DNA of 63,893 bases, filler included, from Octopus bimaculoides (lineage: Eukaryota), in the NCBI RefSeq assembly GCF_001194135.2. It is 4 parts of 4 records of this genome, joined end to end, with 100 filler letters (N's around TTAATTAATTAA, not from the genome) between each part and the next. Parts side by side here need not be neighbours in the genome. Positions count along the whole stretch, not along the records: positions 1 to 31,298 come from NC_069001.1; 3 more parts are not named here. One strand, 5' to 3'. The stretch's first letter is position 1, and the number at the start of each line of letters is the position of its first letter. The translations under genes were made by a program, and so were the position numbers. Below the pieces are notes generated by a model. It was not told the DNA's origin. It searched no databases and saw nothing but the letters and a program-made list of their open reading frames with translations. This document shows positions 1 to 13,198 of the stretch, one piece after another.

Positions 1-371
1 ATATATATATGTATTACTTATATTTAGATATATTCATATATATGTGTGTGTGTGTTATTACATATATATATGCATGTAAGTATTATATATATATTTAATA
101 TAATTACTGGTTTTTAATGATCTTTTAAAATGTTATCTTATATTAAATTCATAATATATTATATATTATCATATAAATAAATTATTGGATTATCAGTTTT
201 ATCTCTCTACTTAATGTATTGTTTGTAATTTGCAATATACCCATATTTATGTGGTATTCAATCGACGTACTAGGGAAATGGATGTTTTACACACCCCTTT
301 GAAAGTTTTTCCTTTCGTTGGTTTGTTACTTTATATATATATACTTTATTCAAAAGCAGCAGAAATATAAC

Positions 372-472
372 AAAAGTTGTTACTCAGAGTTTCACGTTCC
401 CGTTCGTCGGACAGTTTTGGTTTAGAAAACTGTCCGACGAACGGGAACGTGAAATTCTGAATAACAGCTTTT
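372..472. repeat. Palindromic element: 47-bp inverted arms, 7-nt loop
   Basis: 372-418 is the reverse complement of 426-472 with 3 mismatches. Confidence 0.85.
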
Positions 473-474
473 CT

Positions 475-1700
475 CAGAGCAATTCGCGCAGCTTACTTAC
501 CAGTTGTCTACCAACAACTTGTACACCTCTTTGGAAGGACCATCCTGTCCAGGAGCTTTACCATTGGAAAGTTTTTGATAGCAGTACTTATCTCTTCAAA
601 AGAAGGATCTTCCATTAGTTCTTCAATGATAAGCCACTGAAGAATTTCGTTGATCACTTCAGGATCGGTAGTGGATTCTTGATTTTATACAGATTTAAAG
701 AGTTCAGCACATTTTTCAGAATTTCGTCTTTGCTACTTAAGAGTTTTGACTGTCAAAAGAAAGAACAGGTTCTTTAGTACCTTTTCATGGACCAAACACA
801 CCTTTCAGATTGTCATACAATGCTCTCAAGTTGCGAGGGTCAGCAGCCTGTTATAAATCTTGGTTTTTTTTTCCTCACCGAGAATCTTTCCCTGCACGCA
901 GATTTTTCTGTGCAATGTTTCTAGAGGAGGTGTATCAGGATCTGAGTGTGGGTGAAGTTTAGTCTGAGACCCATGCTTTGTGTCTCTTCTGTATAGTTCC
1001 TACGAGAGCTTTTATTTGAGAATCATTCTCATAGAGCCCATCTTGGTGCTTGCATCTCACGAATTCTAGCGGTTCTTCAACAAATGATTTGATGCTGTCA
1101 CGAATATTGTGCCACAAAACTGTAGGGTCGTTCTTTTCCTTTACATTTTTAAGCTTTGAGTTTAAATACATTTCAAAACTTTTTGTCGCTTCTGGATTTT
1201 TTAAAGAAGTGGCATTCATTCTCGGATGTATACTGGACCTCAATGGCCTCTTTGCATACGGTTCGATTAATAACTTACTGCGAACTATTCCGTGATCCGA
1301 GTAACAATCAGGAGATTTGTGAGTTCTGGTTAATCTGAAATCAGTGCAATCCCTGTTCTTAGTTATATCATAGTCAAGCATGTGCCAGTTACCAGATCGG
1401 GGATGCTTCCATATGTTTTTTGTATTTATCTGCTTACTGAAACACTGTGTGTGATTGTTAAACCAATCGCAAACCTCTTTCATTGATCGTTTCTCTTCCA
1501 TACTTACCTATTACTCCTGACCACAACAATTTTTTGTCATAATTTTTCTTCCTATTCATTGCCCTCTCTTTCTGTTTCTCGTTCCAGCATCTGAAGACAC
1601 CAAAGCTGAGGCGGACATTTTTACAAACAATCCACAATCCGTTATTAGAGGGGGTAAAACCATTTAGCAGTTTGTTCTTTTTGCCTTTCATTTCCTACAA
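475..1700 (-). mobile_element. RTE-clade LINE relic (endonuclease C-terminus, linker, start of RT region)
   Basis: ORF 959..1501 contains WKHPRSGNWHMLDY, DCYSDHGIVRSKL and RCKHQD; the neighbouring frames are broken by stops and frameshifts. Confidence 0.75.
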
Positions 1701-1763
1701 ATTTCCTCGTTGTCTTTCTTCGTTTCACTTTGAACCACATTCTGCATCTTTTCCACTCTCTCC

Positions 1764-1765
<2 letters not shown>

Positions 1766-1817
<52 letters not shown>
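1766..1817. repeat. (CT)n microsatellite
   Basis: Direct sequence. Confidence 0.9.
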
Positions 1818-1820
<3 letters not shown>

Positions 1821-2661
1821 ACTCTAACTCACACTGACTGGCAAAACAGTGCACGACTTTGCAAATGAGGCCCTGTTAGAATTTTCTTCAGGTCAAGTGG
1901 CCCATCCCACTCAAAATATCCTTGAATAAGGTTTGTTTAAGGACGACAAATGAAATTCATCCTTCAAGAATGGAATTTTTCAAAGCCCAAAGAATTCCTC
2001 TCAACACATGTCTATCACATGGCTCCCCACTACTCCTGCTCGTGATCAGAGATGTACATATCATCGACCACTAAGGAATAGACTCAAGTGATTAAGGTCA
2101 GGCAACTGAGAAGCAAATCTGTGCTATTGAGCAGAACGCTTGCTGTAGACTATCTTTTAAACCAAAACAAAACAATGTACATAACACTTCCAATCAGTTA
2201 AGATGAGAAGGCATGAGAGCCACTGCTTGATACTGCATCAGGGTATCTTTTATTAATATTATGGCGAAAGCGGTTTTTTATTGGACATGGCTGAAAGACT
2301 TGAGAACAGATATATTCTCTTTTGATAGAACTCTCACTAAAATTTTCAAGTTTCACTTGAAAAGAAAATTGAGAGAGAAGAAGGAAGCGCTACCCCCACC
2401 CACCCCAATTCTGTTCGAATAAACAAAATTTCGGCTTAATCAGACGACTGCTAGGTGACTCTCAAACGCCTTTAAGTTGGAAAATAGTATGCGCAACTAT
2501 TAATTCTTTTCAAAGACGTTATACTATTCTCTTTCTTCACCATTTTCTCTTTTCTTAGAGAAATTTATTTGGATACATCCAGGAAACCCCAACAGATGTT
2601 TAAAAACGTTCTGAATCAAATTTACTAATAACTAATTTGAAAAATTGCTGAAATAAAGATA

Positions 2662-3887
2662 GTGAAAAAAATTTCTAAGCCTCGTTTATACAGCAAAAAT
2701 TATTCAAAACTGAGCTTCACATTTTCTGGAAATGAAAACAACCCTAGTTCCCTGTGTTTAGTTTGTAGGGATACACTTGCAAACGAAATTATGGTACTAA
2801 ACAAATTAAAGCCTTATTTCAGCACTAGGCGTAGAAATTTGCCAACAAAACCAGTGGAATACTTCATTGAACTTTCAAAATCTCTAACAAAGCAGGCTTC
2901 ATCGTTCACAAAATGAATGAAGACATCACACAAAGCTCAAGAGGCAAGTTACTTGGTTGCTCAAATAATTGACAAAAACAAGAAACGACATGGTATTGCT
3001 GAAAGTACTACAAAGGAATCTTGCTGTGCTTATTGTTCGAACAATGTTTGGACCTTAAGTTTGAGATAGAAGTTAATTAAATTCCTCAGGCAGATAACAT
3101 AATTGGAAGACGAATTCAAGATATCTGATGATATATTAAGCTGAAAATGAAGGATATTTTTCAAGATGATAACATGATGTTTGCACTGAAGTTAGACGAA
3201 TCAACATATGTCAGTGGGTTAGCACAAGTGGTGGCTTTTATACGTTTCATTTATAATGACAGAATTATTGAGCAATTCTTGTGTTCTCTAGAACTTCCAT
3301 CGAGAAATAGAGGTGAAGACAATTTTCAAGCTTCAAATTCTTCCACGAAGGAGAATAATTAATTTTTATTTCTTTATTGCCCACAGGGGGCTAAATATAG
3401 AGGGGGAAAAACAAGGACAGACAAAGGCATTAAGTCGATTACATCAACCCCCACTGCATAACTGGTACTTATTTAATCGACCCCGAAAGGATGAAAGGCA
3501 AAGTCAACCTTGGCAGAATTTGAATTCAGTACGTAATGGCAGACGAAATACCGCTAAATATTTCGACTGCCGTGCTAACGATTCTGCCAGCTCGGTCCCC
3601 TATGAAGAATAATTAATTATGGCTAAACTGTGTAGGAATATGCACAGATGGCGCACCCTCAATGATAGGTTCAGTAAAAGGTTTTACAACTTCAGCAAAA
3701 AAAAAAAAAGAGAATACAAATATTATAATTACTCATTGTTTTTTTGCATCGTGAATCCCATCTTATGGCCATAGTAGATCATATTCAAATAATTAACGTT
3801 AGGCTTGCATAGAACTTAATTGGTGTGTTGCTAAATTACGTATGTTTAAAAAGTGTGTCACCAACCGGAAGAGTTTGGAAAACACTG
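2662..3887 (+). mobile_element. hAT/Charlie-type (ZBED8/SCAND3-like) transposase relic interrupted by a SINE
   Basis: Motifs LCLVCRDTLANE, ASYLVAQII, FALKLDESTYVSGLAQVVAFIRF, WLNCVGICTDGAPSMIG and THCFLHRE in broken frames. Right TIR gtttggaaaacactg ends at 3887, followed by ttctagat (Charlie NTCTAGAN target consensus). Left TIR not found. Confidence 0.85.
3365..3605 (-). mobile_element. tRNA-derived SINE (family A) with 13-bp TSD
   Basis: Near-identical to 12445-12672; flanked by agaataattaatt at 3352-3364 and 3606-3618. Confidence 0.85.
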
Positions 3888-4067
3888 TTCTAGATACACA
3901 ATGTTCCAAAAGAAGGATGAAATAGCCATGGGTAGAGTATCTTTGATCATAGATCTGTACCGTTAAGGTTTACCTGGGGGTCAAAAAGCAGCAAAAAAGG
4001 AGGAGGAGGCGGAGGAGGACTACTACTACTACAGCAACAAGTACAACGAAGTGAATAATTATAAATA

Positions 4068-4073
4068 TTTTAT
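4068..4073 (-). terminator. Putative polyadenylation signal of the TEX47-like gene
   Basis: AATAAA on the minus strand about 75 nt downstream of the stop codon. Confidence 0.5.
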
Positions 4074-4148
4074 TGGTTGATTTCGCTCGTCTGTATAACA
4101 GTAGTTTTATTTTTCCTTGACCACTGGGCTTGCAATGCCACTGTTGTC

Positions 4149-4201
4149 CTATTCCATGTAGTCATTCGGATAGAGGTATTTTTGTAGTGGCCAAACCAGA
4201 T
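4149..4201 (-). CDS. TEX47: TEX47-like exon 8 (DLVWPLQKYLYPNDYME*)
   Basis: Acceptor ttttacttttcttttccag|AT; TAG stop at 4151-4149; family C-terminal (S)xxVWP motif. Confidence 0.87.
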
Positions 4202-7200
4202 CTGGAAAAGAAAAGTAAAAACAAAAACTGAAACAAACACATTAGCAATAACACGTACTATCATTAAAATTGAGGCTGTAATTGTTTTAGTTTCAACACA
4301 CAGTTTCATGTCAAGTCACTCACCGGGCAGGCACATCTTTTAAATCTCTATTTTGTCTTTTTATTAACAGAGAAATGGTATCCTAGTACCTTTCTGTTTA
4401 AGAACCACTGGGCCAAAACAAATAGCAGCAACAACTTACCAGAATGTAGAACAATATCAAAAGGTTTCGTAAACATGTCTATGAGTTGTTCAATTGTGAG
4501 CCCTTCTTCCTCGTTCTTCAATAAATAATGGATCAGGGCTACAATAGAGAAATGTCTAATTTGTAGTTGTAGTTGTAATGATCATGATGGTATGGATGGT
4601 GGTATGGATGGTGGTAGTGGTGGCAATGGCTAAGAAGGCGGAGGTGATGGTGATACCGTAAGTGACAGTGTTGGAGATGGTAGTGGTGAAGGTGGTAGTG
4701 GTGGCGATAGCAGTGGTGATGGTGGTGATAGAGGCGGTAGTTATGGTGGCGGTGGTGGTGGGGTGATGGCGTGGTGAAAACAGTGATGATGGTCGTGGCA
4801 GTAGTAGTGATAGTGGGCGATGTTGTTGGTGGCAGTGGCTGTGGTGACGGAAATGGTGGTGGTAGTAGCAATGACAATAGAGGTGGTGGTGGTTGTGGTG
4901 GTGGTGGTAGCGCTGATGCTGTTGGTGGTAGTGAGGGTGTTGGTGGTGGTAGCAGTGGAGGTGGTAATGATGGTGGTGGTGGTAGTAGGAGTGATGGCAG
5001 TAAAGGTGGTTGTGGTAGTGGTGGTAATGTTAGTAGTGCTGGAGGGACGAGGTAGTGATGGTGGTGTCAGCATTGTTAGTGCTCTTCCTATTGTTTTATA
5101 ATATGACCGCTTTGATGAAGCAGATCTATGACTAAAAGACATTCCAGCCATCATCCTCCCTCCAGCGTTTTATATGACTCATTATACAGAGTGTATTCCA
5201 CCCCAAAATGTACTCACATTTTGATTTCCCATAACTCATTAAATTTTTCATCTCCTTTCAGATCGAATTGATCCTAATAATGGGAGAAGTATGACTAAAT
5301 TTTAAAGACCGAAAATTTATCATAAAACGCTACTGCAAGCATGAAAACATCATGGAAGTGCAAAGACAATTTAGAAAATATTTCTACAAGGATCCAACAA
5401 TGTGTTGCATCATTGCTTGCATCTGAGACAAGTCTGAATCAGATGGAATTGTGCATGACATCTGTAAATAGCATTCAGAAGGATCACGGTCATCAACTGG
5501 CCCTGCAAAAGAAAAACAATTGCTGGAAACCCTCCACTGATTCCCACAAAAAGCTGTATGACAAATGGGCTGTGGGACAGGAATCCCCAAATCATTCCTA
5601 CTGAAAGCATGAAAACATCATGGAGGTGTAGAGACAATTCAGAAGATATTTTCTTAAAGATCCACTGTTTGCATCCGAAGTAAGTTTGAATTAGATGGAT
5701 ATGTGTATGACATCCACAAGTAGCATTCAGAAGGACCATGGCCATCAATCAACTGCACAGAGGAAAGCAATTGTTGGGAAACCCTCCATCGATCTCCACA
5801 GAAATCTGTATGACAAGTGGGTAATGAGACAGGAATCCCCAAAGCGTTCCTACTGGAAACATGAAACCATCATGGAGGTGTAAAGACACCTCCATGTCCC
5901 TCCATAGTCATCATGTCTTGTAAGCTTCTCTTGCTTGCTCTTCTCACCACTTCTTTCTTTCTCACTCTGTCCCAGTAAGAGATGTCCAGGACTGAATGCA
6001 GGCAGCATTAATGGAACACGACCAGTAACTGAGAGATCTTCGCTGTCTTCTTCCAGATTTCACAGACGTAGACGGCTGTTGGTATAACAATAGATGAGTA
6101 CAGCCACAGCTTCATCTTCTTATTGATGGTCTTGTTAATGTGGCTTGGTGTTTGTGTTTGTTCCCAGCCACCATTTGACGACTGGTGTTGGTTTGTTTAT
6201 GCCCCTGTAACTTAATATTTTGTCAAACGCAAATGATAGAATAAGTACTAGATGTATTAGAACTGAAGTCAATTCTCTCAAAGAAAACTTTTCAATGCAT
6301 TGCCCCAACATGGCCACAGTCAAATGACTGATGCAAATAAAATATACATAAATTCATAGCTGTGTCAATAGTTAGATATCGCTTTAGTATTTCAAATGCT
6401 GTGGAAACAAACGGTCCACCTTTGACCAGGGAAAAGGTTTTGAAGTGTGGGTTTGTTAAGCGGTTTGAGCAGGAATGGGGTGATGCTTGGATCCAATCAA
6501 TGAAGCTTACCTTGTTGGGGAAGTAGTGCTGGGTTTCTTGTGCTCATTGTTTCAAGAACTCTCTGAAAGTCACCCTGCAATGAGAATGGTACTCAGCTTA
6601 TATACGAATGTGTAGTATTCATACTTACATACATACATCCTATTTACATACATACATACATGCATAGATACATACATGCATAGATACATACATACATGCA
6701 CACATGCATACATGCATACATACATACATACATACATACATACATACATACATACATACATACATACGTACGTACGTACATACATACATACATACATCCT
6801 GTATACATAGATACATACATACATACGTACATACATACATACATACATACATACATACATTCATACATACACACACCTCACACACACTGAATACATGTAC
6901 TGAATACATGTGCAGTACTGATTATATGATGTGGTTGTAGAGTCAAGTTTTGACTTCTATTCCTAGCATGGTGGTATCTCGTTGTTATTGGCACTCCGTC
7001 GCTTACGACGTCGAGGGTTCCAGTTGATCCGATCAACGGAACAGCCTGCTCGTGAAATTAACAAAGGAATGACTCACTGACTACGGATCCAGGAAGGGTA
7101 AGTGAGATACTCAGTGAACAATTTAAAAGTGTATTCACTTCCCCACTTGGACACGTGCAGATAAAAATCCGGTTGAATTCTTTGGTATTGCAGGTGTAAA

Positions 7201-7350
7201 AGGGGAAGCGCCACCCATCAATTACATCAACATTGAGGAAACATATTATCAAGATGAGTAAACGAAGAGAACAATATGTGTGTGTGTGTGTGTGAATATG
7301 TATAATATATATATAGACATATATATACATACATATATATAATATGTATG

Positions 7351-7399
<49 letters not shown>

Positions 7400-8006
7400 G
7401 CACTCCGTCGCAGGTTCCAGTTGATCCGATCAACGGAACAGCCTGCTCGTGAAATTAACGTACAAGTGGCTGAACACTCCACAGACACGTGTACCCTTAA
7501 CGTAGTTCTCGGGGAGATTCCGCGTGACACAGTGTGACAAGGCTGACCCTTTGAGTTAAAGGCACAACAGAAAGTTGTGGTGGAAGAGTACAGCAGGGTT
7601 CGCTACCATCCCCCTGCCGGAGCCTCGTAGAGCTTTAAGTGTTTTCGCTCAATAAACACTCACANNNNNNNNNNNNNNNNNNNNNNNNNNNNNNNNNNNN
7701 NNNNNNNNNNNNNNNNNNNNNNNNNNNNNNNNNNNNNNNNNNNNNNNNNNNNNNNNNNNNNNNNNNNNNNNNNNNNNNNNNNNNNNNNNNNNNNNNNNNN
7801 NNNNNNNNNNNNNNNNNNNNNNNNNNNNNNNNNNNNNNNNNNNNNNNNNNNNNNNNNNNNNNNNNNNNNNNNNNNNNNNNNNNNNNNNNNNNNNNNNNNN
7901 NNNNNNNNNNNNNNNNNNNNNNNNNNNNNNNNNNNNNNNNNNNNNNNNNNNNNNNNNNNNNNNNNNNNNNNNNNNNNNNNNNNNNNNNNNNNNNNNNNNN
8001 NNNNNN

Positions 8007-8044
<38 letters not shown>

Positions 8045-11000
8045 GTGCGCGTGTGTGTGTGTATACTAGATAACCTGTAACCTGTTGGGTTACCAATATT
8101 TCAAGGTACTGCGAATCCGTGGAATCTATGGTCCGATTTATGTGAAATCTTTTGTTATTCTGTGAGCATTCACATTTCAGTGTTACCTTACTTGCAAAGC
8201 ATTTTCCCCACTATACACTGGTTTTAGCTATTTATGAAGGTACCCACAAAAAACCATGTGTCTCAGTAATCCGTGGTCTGATTTATGCAAATCTTGTTTT
8301 ATAATGGTCTGTATTCATATGAGCATCCGATTCATGATGTCTCCTGCTTGTGTCTCTTTCTCTTGTTCACCAGATGCTCAGCACTTCAAGTGTCTGATTC
8401 CTGATCCCTTCTGCTTCTCTCTCTCTTTCTCTCTGTTCTACCAGACACTCAGTGGAGGCACAATGGCCCAGTGGTTAGGGCAGCGGACTCGCGGTCATAG
8501 AATCGCGGGTTTCTATTCCCAGACCGGGCGTTGTGAGTGTTTATTGAGCGAAAACACCTAAGAGCTCCACAAGGCTCCGGCAAGGGATGGTGGTGAACCC
8601 TGCTGTACTCTTTCACCACAATTTTCTCTCACTCTTACTTCCTGTTTCTGTTGTGCCTGTAATTCAAAGGGTCAGCGTTGTCACACTGTGTCACATTGAA
8701 TATCACCGAGAACTACGTTAAGGGTACACGTGTCTGTGGAGTGCTCAGCCACTTGCACGTTAATTTCACGAGCAGGCTGTTCTGTTGGTCGAATCAACTG
8801 GAACCCTCGACTTTGTAAGCGACAGAGTGCCAACAACAACCAGACACTCAGCCCTTGTTTTATCAGTCTCATTGACCTTTATATTCACATGCCTGTCCCT
8901 ATCAGAAATTTCTCAGAGTATCATCATCATCATCGTTTAACGTCTGCTTTCCATGCTAGCATGGGTTGGACGATTTGACTGAGGACTGGTGAAACCAGAT
9001 GGCTACACCAGGCTCCAATCTGATTTGGCAGAGTTTCTACAGCTGGATGCCCTTCCTAACGCCAACCACTCCGAGAGTGTAGTGGTTGCTTTTATGTGTC
9101 ACCCGCACGAAGGCCAGTCAGGTGGTACTGGCAACGGCCACGCTCAAAATGGTGTATTTTACGTGCCACCCACACAAGAGCCAGTCCTGGAGCACTGGCA
9201 ATGATCTCGCTCGAAAATCCTACGAAGGCCAGTCAGGCGGTACTGGCAACAGCCAGGCTCAAAACGGTGTATTTTATGTGCCACCTGCACAAGAGCCAGT
9301 CCAGGGGCACTGGCAATGATCTCGCTCGAAAATCCTTACACATGTCACGAGCACAAGTGCCAGAAAGGCGACACTGGGCACAGGTGCCATCCCGATACAA
9401 AACTTACATTTTGATTAAATATTTCTCTATAGTTAGTTAGTAATCAAAAGGTGTATAGATCGCAGCACGGCTTGGATAGTGGCACAACTTGTAATTTTAA
9501 CCCTTCCTAGCGACACACAAATATATATAATTATACATTTGTCTCTCTGTCTATCTGTATGTATGTACAATAACAATGATGACTAAAGTGTATATATTGC
9601 TAGAAAGCAGTTGAGTGCATCGAAAGAAGTTCAACTTACTTTATGTTGTTGGTTCAGGTGGGCTCCCAGAAGAAGGATCTGCTGAATGAGGTCGACTTGC
9701 AGTTTCTCAATAGTATCTAAAGTTTCGAAAACCTCCATGTTCTGAGAATGGATGTCCAGGAGACAGAAATGCATTTGTCTGAATAAGCGGAACACCTTTT
9801 TTTGGCGGTTAAGGGTTAATACCATTGGTTTGTAATTAGCAAAATATATAAAATAATTTTAAAAATATATAAAATGTAAAAAAAAAAACAAAAAAAAAAC
9901 AATTAGCAAAATATATAAAATAATAAAAAAAATATATAAAATGTAAAAAAACAAACAAAAAGAAATTAGCAAAATATATAAAATGATTTTTAAAATGGCA
10001 CCTGTGCTGGTGGCATGTAAAGAAAATAATTCAACCTCTGAACGTCGGACCTCACAGAGGCAAAGTGGCTGAGTACCTTTTGAGCTTTGGGCATGATGGG
10101 AGCAAAGTGACTGAGTCCCTTTCGAGCATTGGGCCTCATGGAAGCAAAGTGACTGAGCTCCTTTCGAGCATTGGGCCCCATGGAGGCAAAGTAGCTGAGT
10201 TCCTTTCGAGCATTGGGCCCATGGAGGCAAAGTGACTGAGTTCCTTTCAAGCGGGCCTCATGCAGGCAAAGTAGTTGAGTTCTGTTCCCTTGATAAAGTT
10301 CTGTATGCATTTTTATTTGTATTTTCTCAATGTGTATGTATGTGTGTGTGTGTGTGTGCGAGCTCGTGTATGCATGTGTGTGTGTGTGGAGAGAGAGGAA
10401 ATTGAGTCAACCTAGAAACTGAACCTGCAATAGCCAGTTATGAAGCTGCTGTACAATGAATTACATATGAAGCATCAATACAAAGGATACATCGTGAGAT
10501 ATAACGAGCAGCTTCACTCGATTAATTAGTTTTCCACCAATGGCAGACTTGAGATGCTGTATTAAGGCTGATATGTATTTCTCCGATGACTGTGAAATGA
10601 TACAAATTACAAAACCTCATTAAAAGGAAGACATAACACGTTTGTAAAGATTGCACTCACTCACGTACACACATACACACACACACACACACACAGAGTA
10701 CTGAAAGGGCAGGAAAGGGCCGATGAAATGACAGGGTGCAGTGGTTTCTATGCTTTCCTTAAGGACACTCACTGAATGAAGCGTTTGCATCTATGTCTTG
10801 ACAATGGAAAACTTCTCAGGGACGCCTTCAGTATCAAGAACGTATTCTTTTATTCTTTTACTTGTTTCAGTCATTTGACTGTGGCCATGCTGGAGTGCTA
10901 AATGTAGCCAAACAAATCGACCCCAGGACTTATTCTTTGTAAGCCTAATACTTATTCTCTTGGTCTCCCTTTGCCAAAGTGCTAAGTTACGGGGATGTAG

Positions 11001-13149
11001 ACACACCAACATCGGTTGTCAAGTAATGGTGGAGGGGATAAACACAGACACACATACATATATATACGATGGGATTCTTTCAGTTTCCATCTACTAAATC
11101 CACTCACAAGGCTTTGGTTGGCCCGAAGCTATAGCAGAAGACACTTGCCCAAGGTGCCATGCAATGGGACTGAACCTGAACCATGTAGTTGGGTAGCAAG
11201 CTTCTTACCACACAGCCACGCCTGTGGAAATGAAATATAAAAACAGATGACCAAGGTGACAGCTCAGTAGAATTATTCTTTTCTACTCTAGGCAGAAGGC
11301 CCAAAGTTTCAGGGGAGGGGGCCAGTCGATTAGATCGACCCCAGTACACAACTAGTACTTAATTTATCGACCCCAAAAGGGTGAAAGGTAAAGTCGACCT
11401 TGACACTTAGTAGAATTATTCAAGCATCAAACAGGGTGCCTTGTAGTATTTCTTTTGGATCTGTTTGTTCTGAGTTTAAATCCTGCCCCATCGCCTAGAA
11501 AACAGTGACATCCCTGTGGGGAGTTTTGAGTAACATAGGCACTGACATGGCTGATTGTGAGTGAAGGCACATGGCTGAGTGGTGAGGGTGTCGGATTCAT
11601 AACCATAAGATTGTGGTTTCAATCCCTGGACCAGGCAACGCATTGTGTTTTTGAGCAAAACACTTCATTTCATGTTGCTCCAGTCCACTCAGTTGGCAAA
11701 AAGGAGTAACCCTATGATGGAATGGCACCATCACCACCATCGCCACCACCACCCTACCACTACTACTACTACCACCATCACCACTACCACTACTGCCACC
11801 AGCACCACCACCACTACCACTACCATCACCACCAGCACTCCCTCTGCAGTCCTCTCCCCCCACCAAAAGAGTCAAGTAGATCAACCTACCTCCAGTACGA
11901 CAAAGAACTGCACCTGGTACATCACGAGGAGACCAGAAATTATCTCCCCTTCTTTTTCTCTTAAATATAGAATATCTTCTTGCAGATGACCTGTTAAGAA
12001 ATATTGACTCATATCAATATATATATGTGTGTGTGTATATATGTGCAGCCACAACAGTATACACACACACACACACACACATATACATATATAATAGGCA
12101 CAGGAGTGGCTGTGTGGTAAGTAGTTTGCTTACCTTGGTAGTAAGATCAGGCTGAAGAAGAGGTATCTGTCAGGAGACAGATTCATGAGAAGATGGAAGC
12201 CTGCGGCCAAGAAGCTGGGAGTGTTTGGCACCAGGTAAGTGGAGGCCAAAAACAAGGGAAAGAAAAAGCAAGGGGTCTACCCTGGTGGTCAGATGCCTAT
12301 CTGTCAGGAAAGTCATTACAAATTGCATCTGTAATGAGCAATGCTTTAATCGAACATTGTAAATATAATCAAATTATTATTGTATATTTAAAATTGTAAA
12401 TATTTAACCGATACAGCTACTTCACCCCTTTTATGTTTGTTATTTCTTTATTGCCCACAAGGGGCTAAACATAGAGGGGACAAACAAGGACAGACAAATG
12501 GATTAAGTCGATTATATCGACCCCCAGTGCATAACTGGTACTTAATTTATCGACCCCGAAAGGATGAAAGGCAAAGTCGACCTCGGCGGAATTTGAACTC
12601 AGAACGTAACGGCAGACGAAATACCGCTGAGCAATTCGCCCGGTGTGCTAACGGTTCTGCCAGCTTGCCTCCTTGAATGTCTGTCTTTTATGTCTGTCTT
12701 TCCTTGTTCGTCCCCTCTTTGTAATGCCTTCATGGCAAATCGTTAATGAAATAAAGTAGCTTGCTTACCAACCACGTGGTAACAAAAGTTCTGTCCATTT
12801 TTTAAGGGTTTAGGAGTCAGCAAACTAATAAAACAATATCTGATTTATTTAATCATTAATATAGTCACCAGCCTTCTCTAAGTGCCCTTTCCATCTGTCG
12901 ATGAGATCTTTAATGCCACAGTCATTACCAATGGTTGAATGCCAACAACGGCATGCATTTGGCAATATTCACAGCTCCTCAACAAGCTCTTGAGATTGGC
13001 TGCGTGCTTCTGGTCAGCATGTCTAAGGAGTTTTCAATTAAAGCCAAGTGTAATAGTTGGCATACAACTGTCAATTACATTCTGATCAATTCTATGCCCT
13101 AACCAGGAATATACTAATATACTGCTCAAGAATATAAATAAATGTGTGT

Positions 13150-13198
<49 letters not shown>

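Noticed and set aside
5262-5305. Exon-like ctcctttcag|ATCGAATTGATCC...TAA (DRIDPNNGRSMTKF*)
   Set aside because: Lies inside the Tc1/mariner relic, antisense to TEX47, with no upstream partner exon.
8453-8530. tRNA gene (also the heads at 45831 and 58633)
   Set aside because: A/B-box-like motifs continue into multi-copy SINE bodies; no complete cloverleaf.
9778-9781. Conventional-looking acceptor TTCAG for TEX47-like exon 5
   Set aside because: Phase 2, incompatible with the phase-0 donor of exon 4, and would delete the conserved RLF motif. The U12 acceptor at 9796 fits instead.
10055-10285. Regularly spaced repeats resembling a CRISPR array (also 22337-22610)
   Set aside because: Units are contiguous or have mutually homologous linkers, there are no unique spacers or cas genes, and the context is a eukaryotic intron.
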